Of a stretch of 35,662 nt of DNA, positions 1 to 10,769 are shown in pieces. Origin of the DNA: Octopus bimaculoides (lineage: Eukaryota); NCBI RefSeq assembly GCF_001194135.2, contig NC_068983.1, forward strand, positions 128,880,321 to 128,915,982, written 5' to 3'. Below the pieces are notes generated by a model. The model saw only the letters and a program-made list of their open reading frames with translations. It made no database searches and had not been told where the DNA came from. The position numbers and the translations under genes were made by a program. The first letter of the stretch is position 1; the number at the start of each line of letters is the position of its first letter.

Positions 1-39
<39 letters not shown>

Positions 40-52
40 TGTGTGTCTGTGT
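1..52. repeat. (GT)n microsatellite
   Basis: Read directly. Confidence 0.98.
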
Positions 53-229
53 GAGACAGGCCATTTACTTGAACCTACTTAAAATCAATAGTCTTCTTCC
101 GATTTCTTTCACGCTTGGCACATACATCAATTATGTTCCTTCAAAACTCTTTAGAATTTTCTACTTACGGAGTAATATGGAATAATAGGGCTTCTAGGAT
201 CAGAAAGGGACAAACAATCCTCCATTTTA

Positions 230-2220
230 GTTGTACGATGACTACTGTGGACAAGGGAAGTAACTTTTTCCGATGTGAAATTTAGAAATTGATTGATTCC
301 TTTACATTTCTATTGCTCACTTCTTTGATTGACAATCGGCAGTTGCACTCCACAAAAAGATGTTCTCCAAAACATTTCATGCAGTCGTCAACGTTTTGAA
401 GTATATTACCAAAAGAATTGGACAGTGCCGTTTTTCAATTAAAATCTACATGATCAACAGATTTTACATATGATGAAGTGAATTTTTTTTCCAAAAAGGA
501 TAATTTTAAGATTCCCACTTCATAAATGTTACCCTCCTGTGATTCATCCTGGGCTTCATTTGGAAAACAGCCAGCAACTTTGCATTACAGAAGGTAACCT
601 CATTCAGCTGCAGCTGCTTTGCCAAATACTACACTAACAGCCTTCTTTCACCTATGCAAAGTCAACCCCTTCGCAAAGAATATTCTGTCCGCTTAAGTGC
701 CGCATTATTATACATGGAATCAATCATCTTCGCAGTGGCAACATCGAAGATAAGGCCGGCCAAAGCATTTAGATCGAGCCGTGTACAAACGCAACACAAT
801 CGAGCGTCTTCATAGCACATCCCTTTAACTCCGAATGCTTCCATCTGCAAACCTCCTTCGATGACCTTTGCACAGTGGGCGGCAACTTATGCAGCACTTT
901 CAAAGATGCCTGCTCCAAACAAGGACATTTTCATAGAGATTGTCAGTATGATAATGCACTCGAAGGAGCCTCCTTGTGTCGTTCTCCGCATAAGTTCCGA
1001 CACCTTTTTGCAATAATGCTGGGGTTTTTTTTTGTAAGCTGACAGAAGTACATTACTTTTGGAATAAATGCAAGGACTCAATATGCCATGACATTTTGCT
1101 GCAGACTCACCAAACCACAGATATCGATGATACTCTTACTACTTCTCTTAGACTACTCGATTATGGGAATTGGAGGTCAAAGACTGGGCGATGATATTCT
1201 CAGTACTCGAGACGGAAATGAAGACGCCTGTCTCAGTCACCTAATTCTCAAAGAAACATCTATAACACCCACAGACTCAAACAGTACATTGCTGACAAGG
1301 AATTCCTTCTCAATTCCGATAAAGCTGACGTATAAAATTTTGTGCTCGAAAAAATCTACACACATCTTCTTAGACGCACCCTTGGGAACTGGAAAAACTT
1401 TCCTCCTGAATCGTCCTATTGCAACGTTGCGGCATAATGGTGACCTTGCTATTGCTGTTGCCTCCTCAGGAATAACCTCGACTCTTCTTCACGGCGTACG
1501 AACACCACGCTCTACCTTCCAATTGCCTTTCAAGAAAACCCAACGTACCACAAAATGCATTCCTCGGGCGAAGCCATGATTTTGAAAAATGAAAACAACT
1601 ATGTCACATAAATGTTCCTTGCAAGCACTTGATACCACAATGAAAGATCTTAGATCGAACAACAACATCCTTGAAGTTGCGGGATATTTTCGAAAAACCA
1701 TGCCTATTATACCCAAATGAACACACACCTATAAACTTGATGCCTGCCTTAAAAAATCCCTCATCTGGTTGCATATCCAATCGAAACAACTCAGCATCAA
1801 CATACGATCACTCCTTCAGAGTGATCAGCCTACAACAAAGTTTAGGAAAATGCTCCTTAAAATCGGCAATGCACAAATTACGTCCGACGAGAACGGATAT
1901 ATTGACAATACCACCATCAGCTACTCTGTCTCCAACACTGTTAACTTCTTTCTGCCGTTTACCCAAATATTACAACAGAATATATAAAAGCAGATTTGAT
2001 TCGTAACAGGGCTGTTCTTGCACCTACAAATGCAGCTGTCAATACTACACCTTACTCAATCATCTGCCTCCTCAAGAACGTTGTTATAGATCAGTTAACA
2101 CCGCTACCTTCTTCGATCAGGTTACAAACTTTCCAACAGAATTTATTAACTCCCATGATTCTCCAGGAGTCCTTCTCCATGAACTTCACTTAGACGTTGG
2201 TTACCCAGTCATCGCTTATG
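230..2220 (+). mobile_element. Helitron Rep-helicase (RepHel) coding fossil with frameshifts, stops and small deletions; truncated within the PIF1 helicase domain
   Basis: Manual translation across shifting frames gives collinear Helitron motifs: IDNR/MFSKTFHAVVNVLKYITK (Rep tyrosine region), FPLHKCYPPVIHPGLHLEN, NTTLTAFFHLCK..VPHYYTWN, ECFHLQTSFDDLCTV..TFKDAC, SPHKFRHLFAIML, FLDAPLGTGKTFLL (Walker A), IAVASSGITSTLLHGVRTPRSTFQLP, TMSHKCSLQALD, AGYFRKTMP, LLKIGN, RAVLAPTNAAVN, FPTEFINS..HELHLDVGYPV. Confidence 0.95.
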
Positions 2221-2221
2221 A

Positions 2222-2840
2222 GCGTGGATGGAGTAAGAAGATCTATTGAAGATGATGTACTGTTATCAGCAATCAGGGAAATGAAGCAAAATATCAATAA
2301 TCCTAGAAAAAAAGCTAAGTCCTTCACACAGCCAAACGATACTTCCCAATTCTACATTAATCACCACATCTCCAATGAATAATTTTAAAAATCACAAATT
2401 ATTAAGAGTCCAAGTTAACCACCTGATATCAAGAGACTCCTAAGGCGAGATTCACATTTGAAAAAGAAACGATGTAACTGACTGTGGAGACCACCTTTGT
2501 GGGACATGCGAATTAATTGAGCAAAATACAACTAAACGACTCAAGAATAGGAAGGAATTAAAAGCGAATAGTACAAAATCTACTGCCTCACATCCCCAAA
2601 ATGCAATGCAAACTACATGGGGAAGGTATGAAGAAAATTGAACAGTCGTGTAAATGTCCATAAACAACAAATTAGGGATTCATCTCTTAGGAATTTCCCA
2701 TGGAGTGAACATCTAGATATCTGTGCAAAGGGAAAATTTTTAATATTCCCATTTTACAAAATAAACGATGAAAATTTACACCTATGAAATGGAAAAAAAA
2801 AAAAAACTTTATAAGAATTCAAATCCGAAATTAAACCGAA
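2222..2840 (+). mobile_element. Penelope-like element (PLE) 3' fragment encoding a degenerate GIY-YIG endonuclease
   Basis: Translates in pieces to IKSPS*PPDIKRLLRR, CGDHLCGTCELIEQ (CxxxxCxxC), YCLTSPKCNANYMGK (GIY-YIG-like xxYC..Y.G), LNSRVNVHKQQIRDSSLRNFPWSEHLDICAKGKFLIFPFYK and, with a frameshift, FKPKLN. This is the motif order of PLE C-termini. Confidence 0.85.
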
Positions 2841-3127
2841 AATAGCCAACATTCCATATCATAAACTTTGGTAAAAGAATACGTATGACAAAAATCAAAT
2901 GTCTCAAAATAGACTGCAAATATTACTACATTATCACAAAAATAACAACTCCGTCTTTCAGAACATTTGTGTTTGAAAGGTTTAAAGAAAGCGGTCACAC
3001 ACTACAAAAAAATTCTTCTCACAGAAAAGGTTACTAACATCGTCATAATAGATTATATAAAATTTTAAATATATATATACATACACACATACGTGTGTGA
3101 GGGCGTGTGTGCGTGCGTACGTGTGTG

Positions 3128-3710
3128 CATCAAAGTATCATGGAATGCTGTTTTACGTCGCTGGTCAAAATGTCCTTCCAAATCTGAGGGCACCATTCTT
3201 TTCCAATTTAACCGAAATTGTTCAAATAAATCGTCTTCCCATATTCATGTAAGCCTTCTTGTTCCTATCCATTGGTTACCAATCGACATCTGCACAGGCC
3301 CTCCTGGTGTACGTGAACCTTGTAATATATTTGGTGTTGTGGAGTTTGTGCTTACGGTACACTGTGTTCACATTGTTCACTCCGCCTCGTTCTCGAATTA
3401 TCACCTTTCAATATGGTCTCACAATGATATTCATCGACTGGATCTTTCGATGACGCCTTTCCTCGTACCCAATCGATTTTCTGTCCTCTCTTGAATAAAA
3501 GAGTGTAGGTAGGACTGTATTAATGAAGAATCTCGAACGTATGTTATTGTCTAGCCAAGGTTTATTTAGTTAAATGCCTTCAATCTTGTAATTATATTCT
3601 CTGAGGCTTTAGCATTCATCTCTCGGTGCATATTCATTTTAAGCGCTAAGCAGACGTACCACATTACTACTTCGATTTCATTGATTTCCACCTCAATTTG
3701 ATTTCCACAT
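3128..3710 (-). mobile_element. RTE-clade LINE, 3' portion (post-RT C-terminus to 3' end), degraded
   Basis: Minus strand: CGNQIEVEINEIEVVMWYVCLA (cf. QI.LDG..IEEVEEYVYLG), ITRLKAFN, FFINTVLPTLFYS (cf. LFNTTVLPALTYG), YRKHKLHNTKYITR (cf. KWAGHVAR), RRLT*IWEDDL..NWKRM (cf. GRP.RW.DDI..W). Confidence 0.8.
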
Positions 3711-4195
3711 CGACGACTAACAGCCAAAGGAGCAGGCAAGTTTTTCTATGAAATATATTACGACAAATGTTTACTCTAATACGCCAATACAAAGAACGAA
3801 CGAATACAAACTTACCTTGTGCATCGCTTTTTCTATTAAGATAAAGCTTTCAACTTTGAACAGCGACGAGGTAAACGTAACGTTGAAATCTCTTGCACTG
3901 CAAGGTAAGGTATCAAAGTGCAATATATCAAAGTGCGCAGTTAAGCGAACTCTGAACTCGGCTATCAACACCAGTAAGGAGCTAAATGTGAATGGGCTCA
4001 AGCAAACAGATTTCACCTCACCAAAGCTGCATCCCCTCTGTCTCGAATTGGTCACCAAGGATATAAACTGGACAGGTGGCGAGAGCATCAAAAGCGAGCT
4101 CCTAACAAACCTCTGATTCGCAGATGACATTGTGCACGTCACTGAAACAATTGATCAGCTATAGACCATGATGACAGTGTTAGACAAGCAGAGCA
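3710..4195 (+). mobile_element. RTE-clade LINE reverse transcriptase fragment, inverted relative to the adjacent 3' half
   Basis: Plus strand: QPKEQASFS (cf. QPREQAGFR), TNEYKLTLCIAF, GLKQTDFTSPKL (cf. GVRQGDTISPKLF), DINWTGG, LTNL*FADDIVHV, LDKQS. Confidence 0.92.
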
Positions 4196-4273
4196 TACAT
4201 ACACATACATACATACATACATACATACATACATACATACATACATACATACATACGTACATACATACATACA
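4194..4273. repeat. (CATA)n microsatellite directly abutting the inverted RTE fragment
   Basis: Read directly. Confidence 0.95.
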
Positions 4274-5227
4274 TTGCACACACATACATTGCACACACAT
4301 AATGCAACATTGAAACATTAAATTGCCTGTAGGATATATGTATGATATTAAATCTCGGTACTTGATATAGATAATTAGCATAAATTTATTATTACAGAGA
4401 GCTGTTGAACATCGGTTTAGATTCGATTCTGGATACGCCATCAATCAATAATTTTAAAAGCCTACATCACACGAACTTTTCTGAAAATGACGTTCATTTA
4501 CAACGGTTTACGAAAAACTCTGATTGTGTAACACACAGTCGTGCACTTCTTTGGCTCCATAACGATTGAATATTTCTTCTCAGTATTGCGATTACATGTG
4601 TTAGAAACGACGACTATTGTTAAATGAAGATAGTCCACTTGGAATTCATAACCAATGAGACAGACATATTGCAAAATGAAAAAAACAAAAACAATAATAA
4701 TCGATAATCGTTCCTTTAGTTCATAATCACCGAATCGAAGCGGTCACAAGTAAAGTTCAAATATATTTCATGGAGCACCATGCATTTTATATGGACGCAT
4801 GAATATATGTCCAAAAGATGGTATGTATATATGTATATATGTATATATGTATAGATGTATATATGTATATATGTATATAAGTATGCAAGTGCTTGTGTTT
4901 GCGCGTGTATGTGTATATGCGAGCCTGCGTGTGAGCGTGTGAGTATGTATGTGTTTGCCCGCGCGTTGATAACACTGGATTTGATTCTTGTACCTATCGC
5001 TATCTGATTAATTCATTTGCAATAAATTAATGAATGGAAATCGTATTTAGTTCCTGCACAGTTTTAATTAGTAACATATTGATTAATAAATAATATATTC
5101 ATCTACTATATATCAGTTAAATGCATAATGAACGGGGTTTTAATTAGTGGACATCAAAGCAAAAACACGCAAGTAAATTATACTATTTTCAAGAGAAATC
5201 AATGAGAAATATCGAAACATACATAGA

Positions 5228-5250
5228 TATATACATATATATATATATAC

Positions 5251-5345
<95 letters not shown>
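5228..5345. repeat. (TA)n microsatellite
   Basis: Read directly. Confidence 0.98.
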
Positions 5346-5347
<2 letters not shown>

Positions 5348-5585
5348 TATGTATATTTATATATATGCAAATATAAATATATTTGTGTATATATATGTGT
5401 GTTTGTGTGTGTGTGTGTGTACAATTATTTACTTATTGCTACAAAAGCATGCAACTATGTTTCAATATTAGCTTTGGTATTTTGGAATAGTAATTGTTTT
5501 GAAAATATTAAAACATTCTTATTTGATGTATCGTTTCGGAAGCACAGGTCAATAAAATAATTTGACTTACTTATATATAACATAC

Positions 5586-5645
5586 AGTTTCCTAAGGAAA
5601 GCTTCTCTTTGGTCTGCAATTTTTCGAAAGATGAAGTACTCATGT
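5586..5645 (-). CDS. Candidate internal coding exon (60 nt) of an unidentified host gene
   Basis: Acceptor ttgcttcattcag|, donor CT|gtatgt. Open as (A)HEYFIFRKIADQREAFLRKL in phase 2; a second frame (MSTSSFEKLQTKEKLSLGN) is also open. Not repeat-like; no homology recognised. Confidence 0.45.
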
Positions 5646-6200
5646 CTGAATGAAGCAATAGAAATTGTAACATGTGGCTGAATTTTAAAATGTCTCCGCG
5701 AAAAGTAAAATATTTTTACATTCCATTCTCATGAGTCTTTCACGCATGGAAACTCATTGTTCGAGGACGGTCAATTTTGTAGGTCATGATAAACTTCATA
5801 ATGTATTTAAGAGAATTATAGAAATTGTCAAAATATATAGAAAAATTCAATCATTGATTTATTGTTTTTGACACGAATATATTTTCCATTTCAGTAAATT
5901 GAAAAGCTACATAAACATTTATTTTACCGAGCACCAGGATTTCCGTTTCTTAACTAATATCTTCGTCATTCATCGAAGTTGTAAATTGTATTCTAGGATT
6001 GCTGCAAAAGCATTTCCTACAAACTGTTTTATGCTTACTGATTTATTGTTACGTATAACTGAAATTAGCATCCGAAATTGCTATTAAAATGATCGTAGTG
6101 AAATGGTGGCTAATAAGCAAACTTTGAACTAATTACAGAAGCAATAACTCCGATGACGTAAATTGCTAATAAGAATACCCAGCTGAAAATCAATGCAAAT

Positions 6201-6423
6201 TTATCTTTCGTGTTTTTCATTTACTTGGAGACACGCTGAAGCACTGCTTTCAAGGTTTTACTCGAACAAATTGACCTCAATACTTATTTTGAAACTTGAT
6301 ACTTATTCTATCGGTTTCGTAACGCCAACCGCTAATTTCCAGAGCCGTACACAAAAGAAAAAGAAAACTCGGCTGTCAAATTGTGGTGAGGGACGAAAAC
6401 AAACACAAGCACACACACACACA
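6201..6423 (-). mobile_element. SINE family A (octopus-type, internal microsatellite), 3' half
   Basis: Reverse complement aligns with the 3' half of the copy at 29090-29490 (ttagcggt..ccgatagaataagta..gtc.atttgttcga.taa..gtgct.cagc); ends in a (CA)n tract. Confidence 0.8.
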
Positions 6424-6538
6424 CATTGATATAGACATACATACTTGGGCAAGATATCTTCGGTTTTGTCAACGCCCCCAGGCGAAGATGTATGTCTTCC
6501 AAGACATATAAATAGAGGTAGTTTGGTCGTGGTGGGAG

Positions 6539-6582
6539 TGTTGAGTAGCAGTCGAGTAGCTGTTGAGTAGCAGTCGAGTAGC
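6539..6582. repeat. Perfect 22-bp tandem duplication (TGTTGAGTAGCAGTCGAGTAGC)x2
   Basis: Read directly: 6539-6560 and 6561-6582 are identical. Confidence 0.95.
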
Positions 6583-7065
6583 ATTTATGTAGCGGTTGGG
6601 TAGAGATTATCCGAAGGTGCTAGATAGCAGTAGCTTGAGACATAACATCTTCCTTAGGTGAAACGGCGTGGGACTGTTCCTGGAAACATGCGCCTATGCT
6701 TATATTATTTTACAAGAATCTTAAGAATAATATGTATATAGATATTAACATAAGTTACCCAGCTCAAGAAAGGGTTCTGTTATGGGATGATTCAAATTGA
6801 TTGTTCAAGATGATGAAAGTTCACACATATAGATTCAAAATAACGAAGAACATTCCCTTCCCAATTAAACTCCAGATTTCTTCAAGCAATTCACACATGT
6901 ATAAAAGGCATAGAATTTCTCTAAATAATGAGACCGGATGAATCTCTAAACCGAGATGATAGAACTTAACACTTAATAGACCAAATTTCTGAATATCTTT
7001 ATTTTCTTAATATATAAAAGGTGTACATTACTTGAGAAAATATATACACTTATAGGCTCGCTCAC

Positions 7066-7190
7066 GCACATATTTGTAGGCGGGGCTGTTGATTTTGTTG
7101 TTCTTTGTTCCATCTCTTCTTTCCTAACAACTTTGGTTTCCGTTGTTTTAAGCCGATTAACGCCTTGTGAATAGGTTTAGCAAACGGGAA
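7066..7190 (-). CDS. Candidate internal coding exon (125 nt) of an unidentified host gene
   Basis: Acceptor aattatttttag|, donor GC|gtgagc. Only one frame is open end to end (FPFAKPIHKALIGLKQRKPKLLGKKRWNKEQQNQQPRLQIC + GC), ending in phase 2, which joins 5586-5645 in frame. Confidence 0.45.
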
Positions 7191-7747
7191 CTAAAAATAA
7201 TTACGTCATATATATATANNNNNNNNNNNNNNNNNNNNNNNNNNNNNNNNNNNNNNNNNNNNNNNNNNNNNNNNNNNNNNNNNNNNNNNNNNNNNNNNNN
7301 NNNNNNNNNNNNNNNNNNNNNNNNNNNNNNNNNNNNNNNNNNNNNNNNNNNNNNNNNNNNNNNNNNNNNNNNNNNNNNNNNNNNNNNNNNNNNNNNNNNN
7401 NNNNNNNNNNNNNNNNNNNNNNNNNNNNNNNNNNNNNNNNNNNNNNNNNNNNNNNNNNNNNNNNNNNNNNNNNNNNNNNNNNNNNNNNNNNNNNNNNNNN
7501 NNNNNNNNNNNNNNNNNNNNNNNNNNNNNNNNNNNNNNNNNNNNNNNNNNNNNNNNNNNNNNNNNNNNNNNNNNNNNNNNNNNNNNNNNNNNNNNNNNNN
7601 NNNNNNNNNNNNNNNNNNNNNNNNNNNNNNNNNNNNNNNNNNNNNNNNNNNNNNNNNNNNNNNNNNNNNNNNNNNNNNNNNNNNNNNNNNNNNNNNNNNN
7701 NNNNNNNNNNNNNNNNNNNNNNNNNNNNNNNNNNNNNNNNNNNNNNN

Positions 7748-7790
<43 letters not shown>

Positions 7791-8342
7791 ATTTATTTAT
7801 AAATACACAAGCACAAATGACTTTAAACGTCCCGTGTATTTGCTGAAAGAAGAGTAAGAATGTTGGTGGTAAGAATAGTGAAAGTATAGAATTAATTGCG
7901 GCTTCACTATCAATCAGTGTAACTCATTATTAGTTTTATTCATCATATCTGGAGGGAGTGCATCGCTCTCCGCCCTTTGAACCCCACTCAACCTGCTATG
8001 TGGTCCCTACTATGTATGTAGACCGAGGACTGAGATTTGTCAAGATTTTCCTAAACTTTAATTCATGACTATTGATTATACATTTATGACACACATTTAT
8101 GACTTCTCTCTGGAGTTTACCAACTGATTCTTTATTGAAAATGTTTAAAGAATCAAACAGGAGTTAAGGAAAGTATATAAACACGAAAATACACAATGTA
8201 CACATATAAATAGCATGCATTCATAGCATTTATACTCTTACACATAGAAAAATTCCTAATATGCATATTAATACTCATGCATAAAATAATATACATAGTA
8301 AGGACTACAGCAATATGCAAATATTTTCTATTATTTTTATTA

Positions 8343-8364
8343 ACTTCCGGTAACGCGCCATTTT
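8343..8364. promoter_or_regulatory. Candidate housekeeping-type core promoter: ETS (ACTTCCGG) plus YY1 (CGCCATTTT) motifs
   Basis: taACTTCCGGtaacgCGCCATTTTag, a CpG-rich spot in very AT-rich flanks; on the minus strand it reads aaaATGGCG. Motif match only. Confidence 0.35.
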
Positions 8365-8864
8365 AGCTTTACACAAATTAAAATTATTTACTTGAATATG
8401 AAATGCAACATTTCCGATATTTTGTAGAATAAAATTATGCAAACATTTTTACAGAGAGAAATAAAACTTTTCGAAACCGAAATTGAATATAAACAATACC
8501 AAAAGTTACAGTAGCATCTGCTGAGTATATACATATTTCCCTTTGTGTTATTTACTGGCATTTAGATTTTTTCAATAGGATCTCTTTTTGAAATATGAAA
8601 TGTTTCTAATGTTGAAGTTATTTTCAGTTTACTGCAATGTTTAAAAAAGTATCTACATGCATATTCATTTTTATTCTGAATAAATTTATCTAATTTATTT
8701 TTTCTGTTTGTATACAAGTAATCATTCATATATATACAGATACTCACAAACATATGTATACACATAGACACATACACACAAGAACAATTTCGCACGCACA
8801 TAAACTTATATAAATAAGGATATGTATGCAAAAATAATACACGTACATATATATTATATGTATG

Positions 8865-8960
8865 TGCGTGTGTGTGTGTGTGTGTGTGTATGTATATACA
8901 TACACGCAAACACATGCTTGTGCGCGTATGTATGTACACATATGCAGACAAACACACATA

Positions 8961-9016
<56 letters not shown>

Positions 9017-9045
9017 CACATACATATACGTACACATATAAACGT
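8865..9045. repeat. Compound (TG)n/(TA)n/(CA)n microsatellite
   Basis: Read directly. Confidence 0.9.
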
Positions 9046-9134
9046 ATGCATATTTGTGTATTAGTGCATAATTTCATTTATTACTACATGATGATATATA
9101 CATTTACTTATATGAGTGTGTATACGTATATGTA

Positions 9135-10007
9135 CAGGGTGCGGTGAATAAACTATCGTATAAATTACGCAAAAATGAAAATAACACTGACGTTTCATTT
9201 TTTACAGATATATCTACCAAAATTACATTAAAATATTTAGAAATACTGAGGACTAAATTTATTCAATTAAATCACCTTTGGCTTCAACCACGGGCTCTAG
9301 ACGACTTCACATCTCCTGCAAATCTTCTTGATGTTCTTGTTTAATCCTTACTTTCAGGTCATCTTCCGTGTTACAAGGAATTTGCTGGTCTGTCACTGAA
9401 CTGTGTCCCACGCAAAATAATCAAAGTAGTTGCAATCTGGGGAGTTAGTTGGTGATGTGACCGCATAAACTGTCTGACAGCCATGACTAGGTTCTCCTGT
9501 TTGTGTGGTATAGTGCAAGTCTTGTTGCAAGTCATACGTTCATCCGGCAGCCACATGGCTTGAGTCAGGGCAGCACTATCTCCTCCAGGCTCTTGATGTA
9601 GGCTTCCGTGTTGAATCTGAGACCTTGTGGGAAGGTGCATGGAGGCATAACGTCGCCATCGCTAGTGATCACTCCAAACACCATGATGTTAACTGGATAT
9701 TTGATTTTTATCATTCTCGGTACATGTCGTTAGATTTCACTGTCCTCAGTTTGACAGGCATGCACTCTGAAATGTTCCTATTGGAGCTTCCGATGCGAAT
9801 GCCAAGTAGTACGGCATGTTTCCAAATACCTGGCGGAGAAAATTCCTTCATGGAGATGTTTTTCTCACAGATGGTGCCAACTGACCCTACTATACTGCTT
9901 AGTTGACAAAATTATAAACAAACAATGCGCATGGGAAAAACTGAAAATATAACACGGTGAAAATTTACCTCTTGTAACATATATTCACTTTGCACTTGCA
10001 TACCTGC
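9135..10007 (-). mobile_element. Tc1/mariner transposon, maT (DD37D)-like, internally deleted
   Basis: Left end TA|CAGGGTGCGGTG. Minus-strand pieces: KYPVNIMVFGVITSDGDVMPP, GLRFNTEAYIKSLEEIVLP, SWLSDSLCGHIT, PDCNYFDYFAW, matching the maT-type catalytic domain as I recall it. Right TIR is degenerate and its position approximate. Confidence 0.88.
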
Positions 10008-10284
10008 AGTTTAATGATTGAAGCAAGCCAGTGATAACTATATATTTATATATATATACATGGGTGTGCGTATGTGTGTGTACATGTATANNNNNNNNNN
10101 NNNNNNNNNNNNNNNNNNNNNNNNNNNNNNNNNNNNNNNNNNNNNNNNNNNNNNNNNNNNNNNNNNNNNNNNNNNNNNNNNNNNNNNNNNNNNNNNNNNN
10201 NNNNNNNNNNNNNNNNNNNNNNNNNNNNNNNNNNNNNNNNNNNNNNNNNNNNNNNNNNNNNNNNNNNNNNNNNNNNNNNNNNNN

Positions 10285-10325
<41 letters not shown>

Positions 10326-10327
<2 letters not shown>

Positions 10328-10512
10328 TGTGTGTCGGTGTTTGTCCCCCACCACCATCGTTTGACAACCGATGTTGGTGTTTATATCCACGCAACTTAGC
10401 AGTTCTGCAAAAAGAGAACCGATAGAATGAGTACAAGGGTTACAGAAACTTAGTCCTCTCGTCAATGTTTTCGATTAGAGGCGGCTCTGCAACATGGCCA
10501 CAGTGGAATTAG
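10326..10512 (+). mobile_element. SINE family A, 3' half
   Basis: tgtttgtcccc..ttgacaaccgatg.tggtgt..aacttagc.gttc.gcaaaa..ccgataga..aggcgg.tct.ca.catggccacagt aligns with 29290-29460. Confidence 0.85.
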
Positions 10513-10539
10513 CATATATATATAAATAGCCTAAATAAC

Positions 10540-10660
<121 letters not shown>

Positions 10661-10682
10661 TAGCATAAATAGGATATATATA

Positions 10683-10769
10683 CACAACGCATCGCCCGGT
10701 CCAGGAATCGAAACCACAATCTTATGATCATGATGCTGATATCCTAACCACTAAGCCACGCTCCTCCAC
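10683..10769 (-). mobile_element. tRNA-derived SINE head (family C) with Pol III A and B boxes
   Basis: Minus strand: gtggaggagcgTGGCTTAGTGGttagg..gtGGTTTCGATTCCtggaccgggcgatgcgttgtg. It runs on into SINE-like body sequence rather than closing an acceptor stem. Confidence 0.75.

Noticed and set aside
1088-1579. 163-aa ORF with a Walker A motif, possibly a host PIF1 gene
   Set aside because: It lies in collinear Helitron RepHel sequence with many stops and frameshifts, so it is a TE fossil.
2840-3060. Expected hammerhead ribozyme in the PLE pseudo-LTR
   Set aside because: No CUGANGA plus GAAA core with the required stems on either strand; only a weak hairpin near 2958-2982.
10683-10769. tRNA-like sequence with A and B boxes (also at 23855 and 29090)
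   Set aside because: No closed acceptor stem or full cloverleaf; it continues into SINE bodies.
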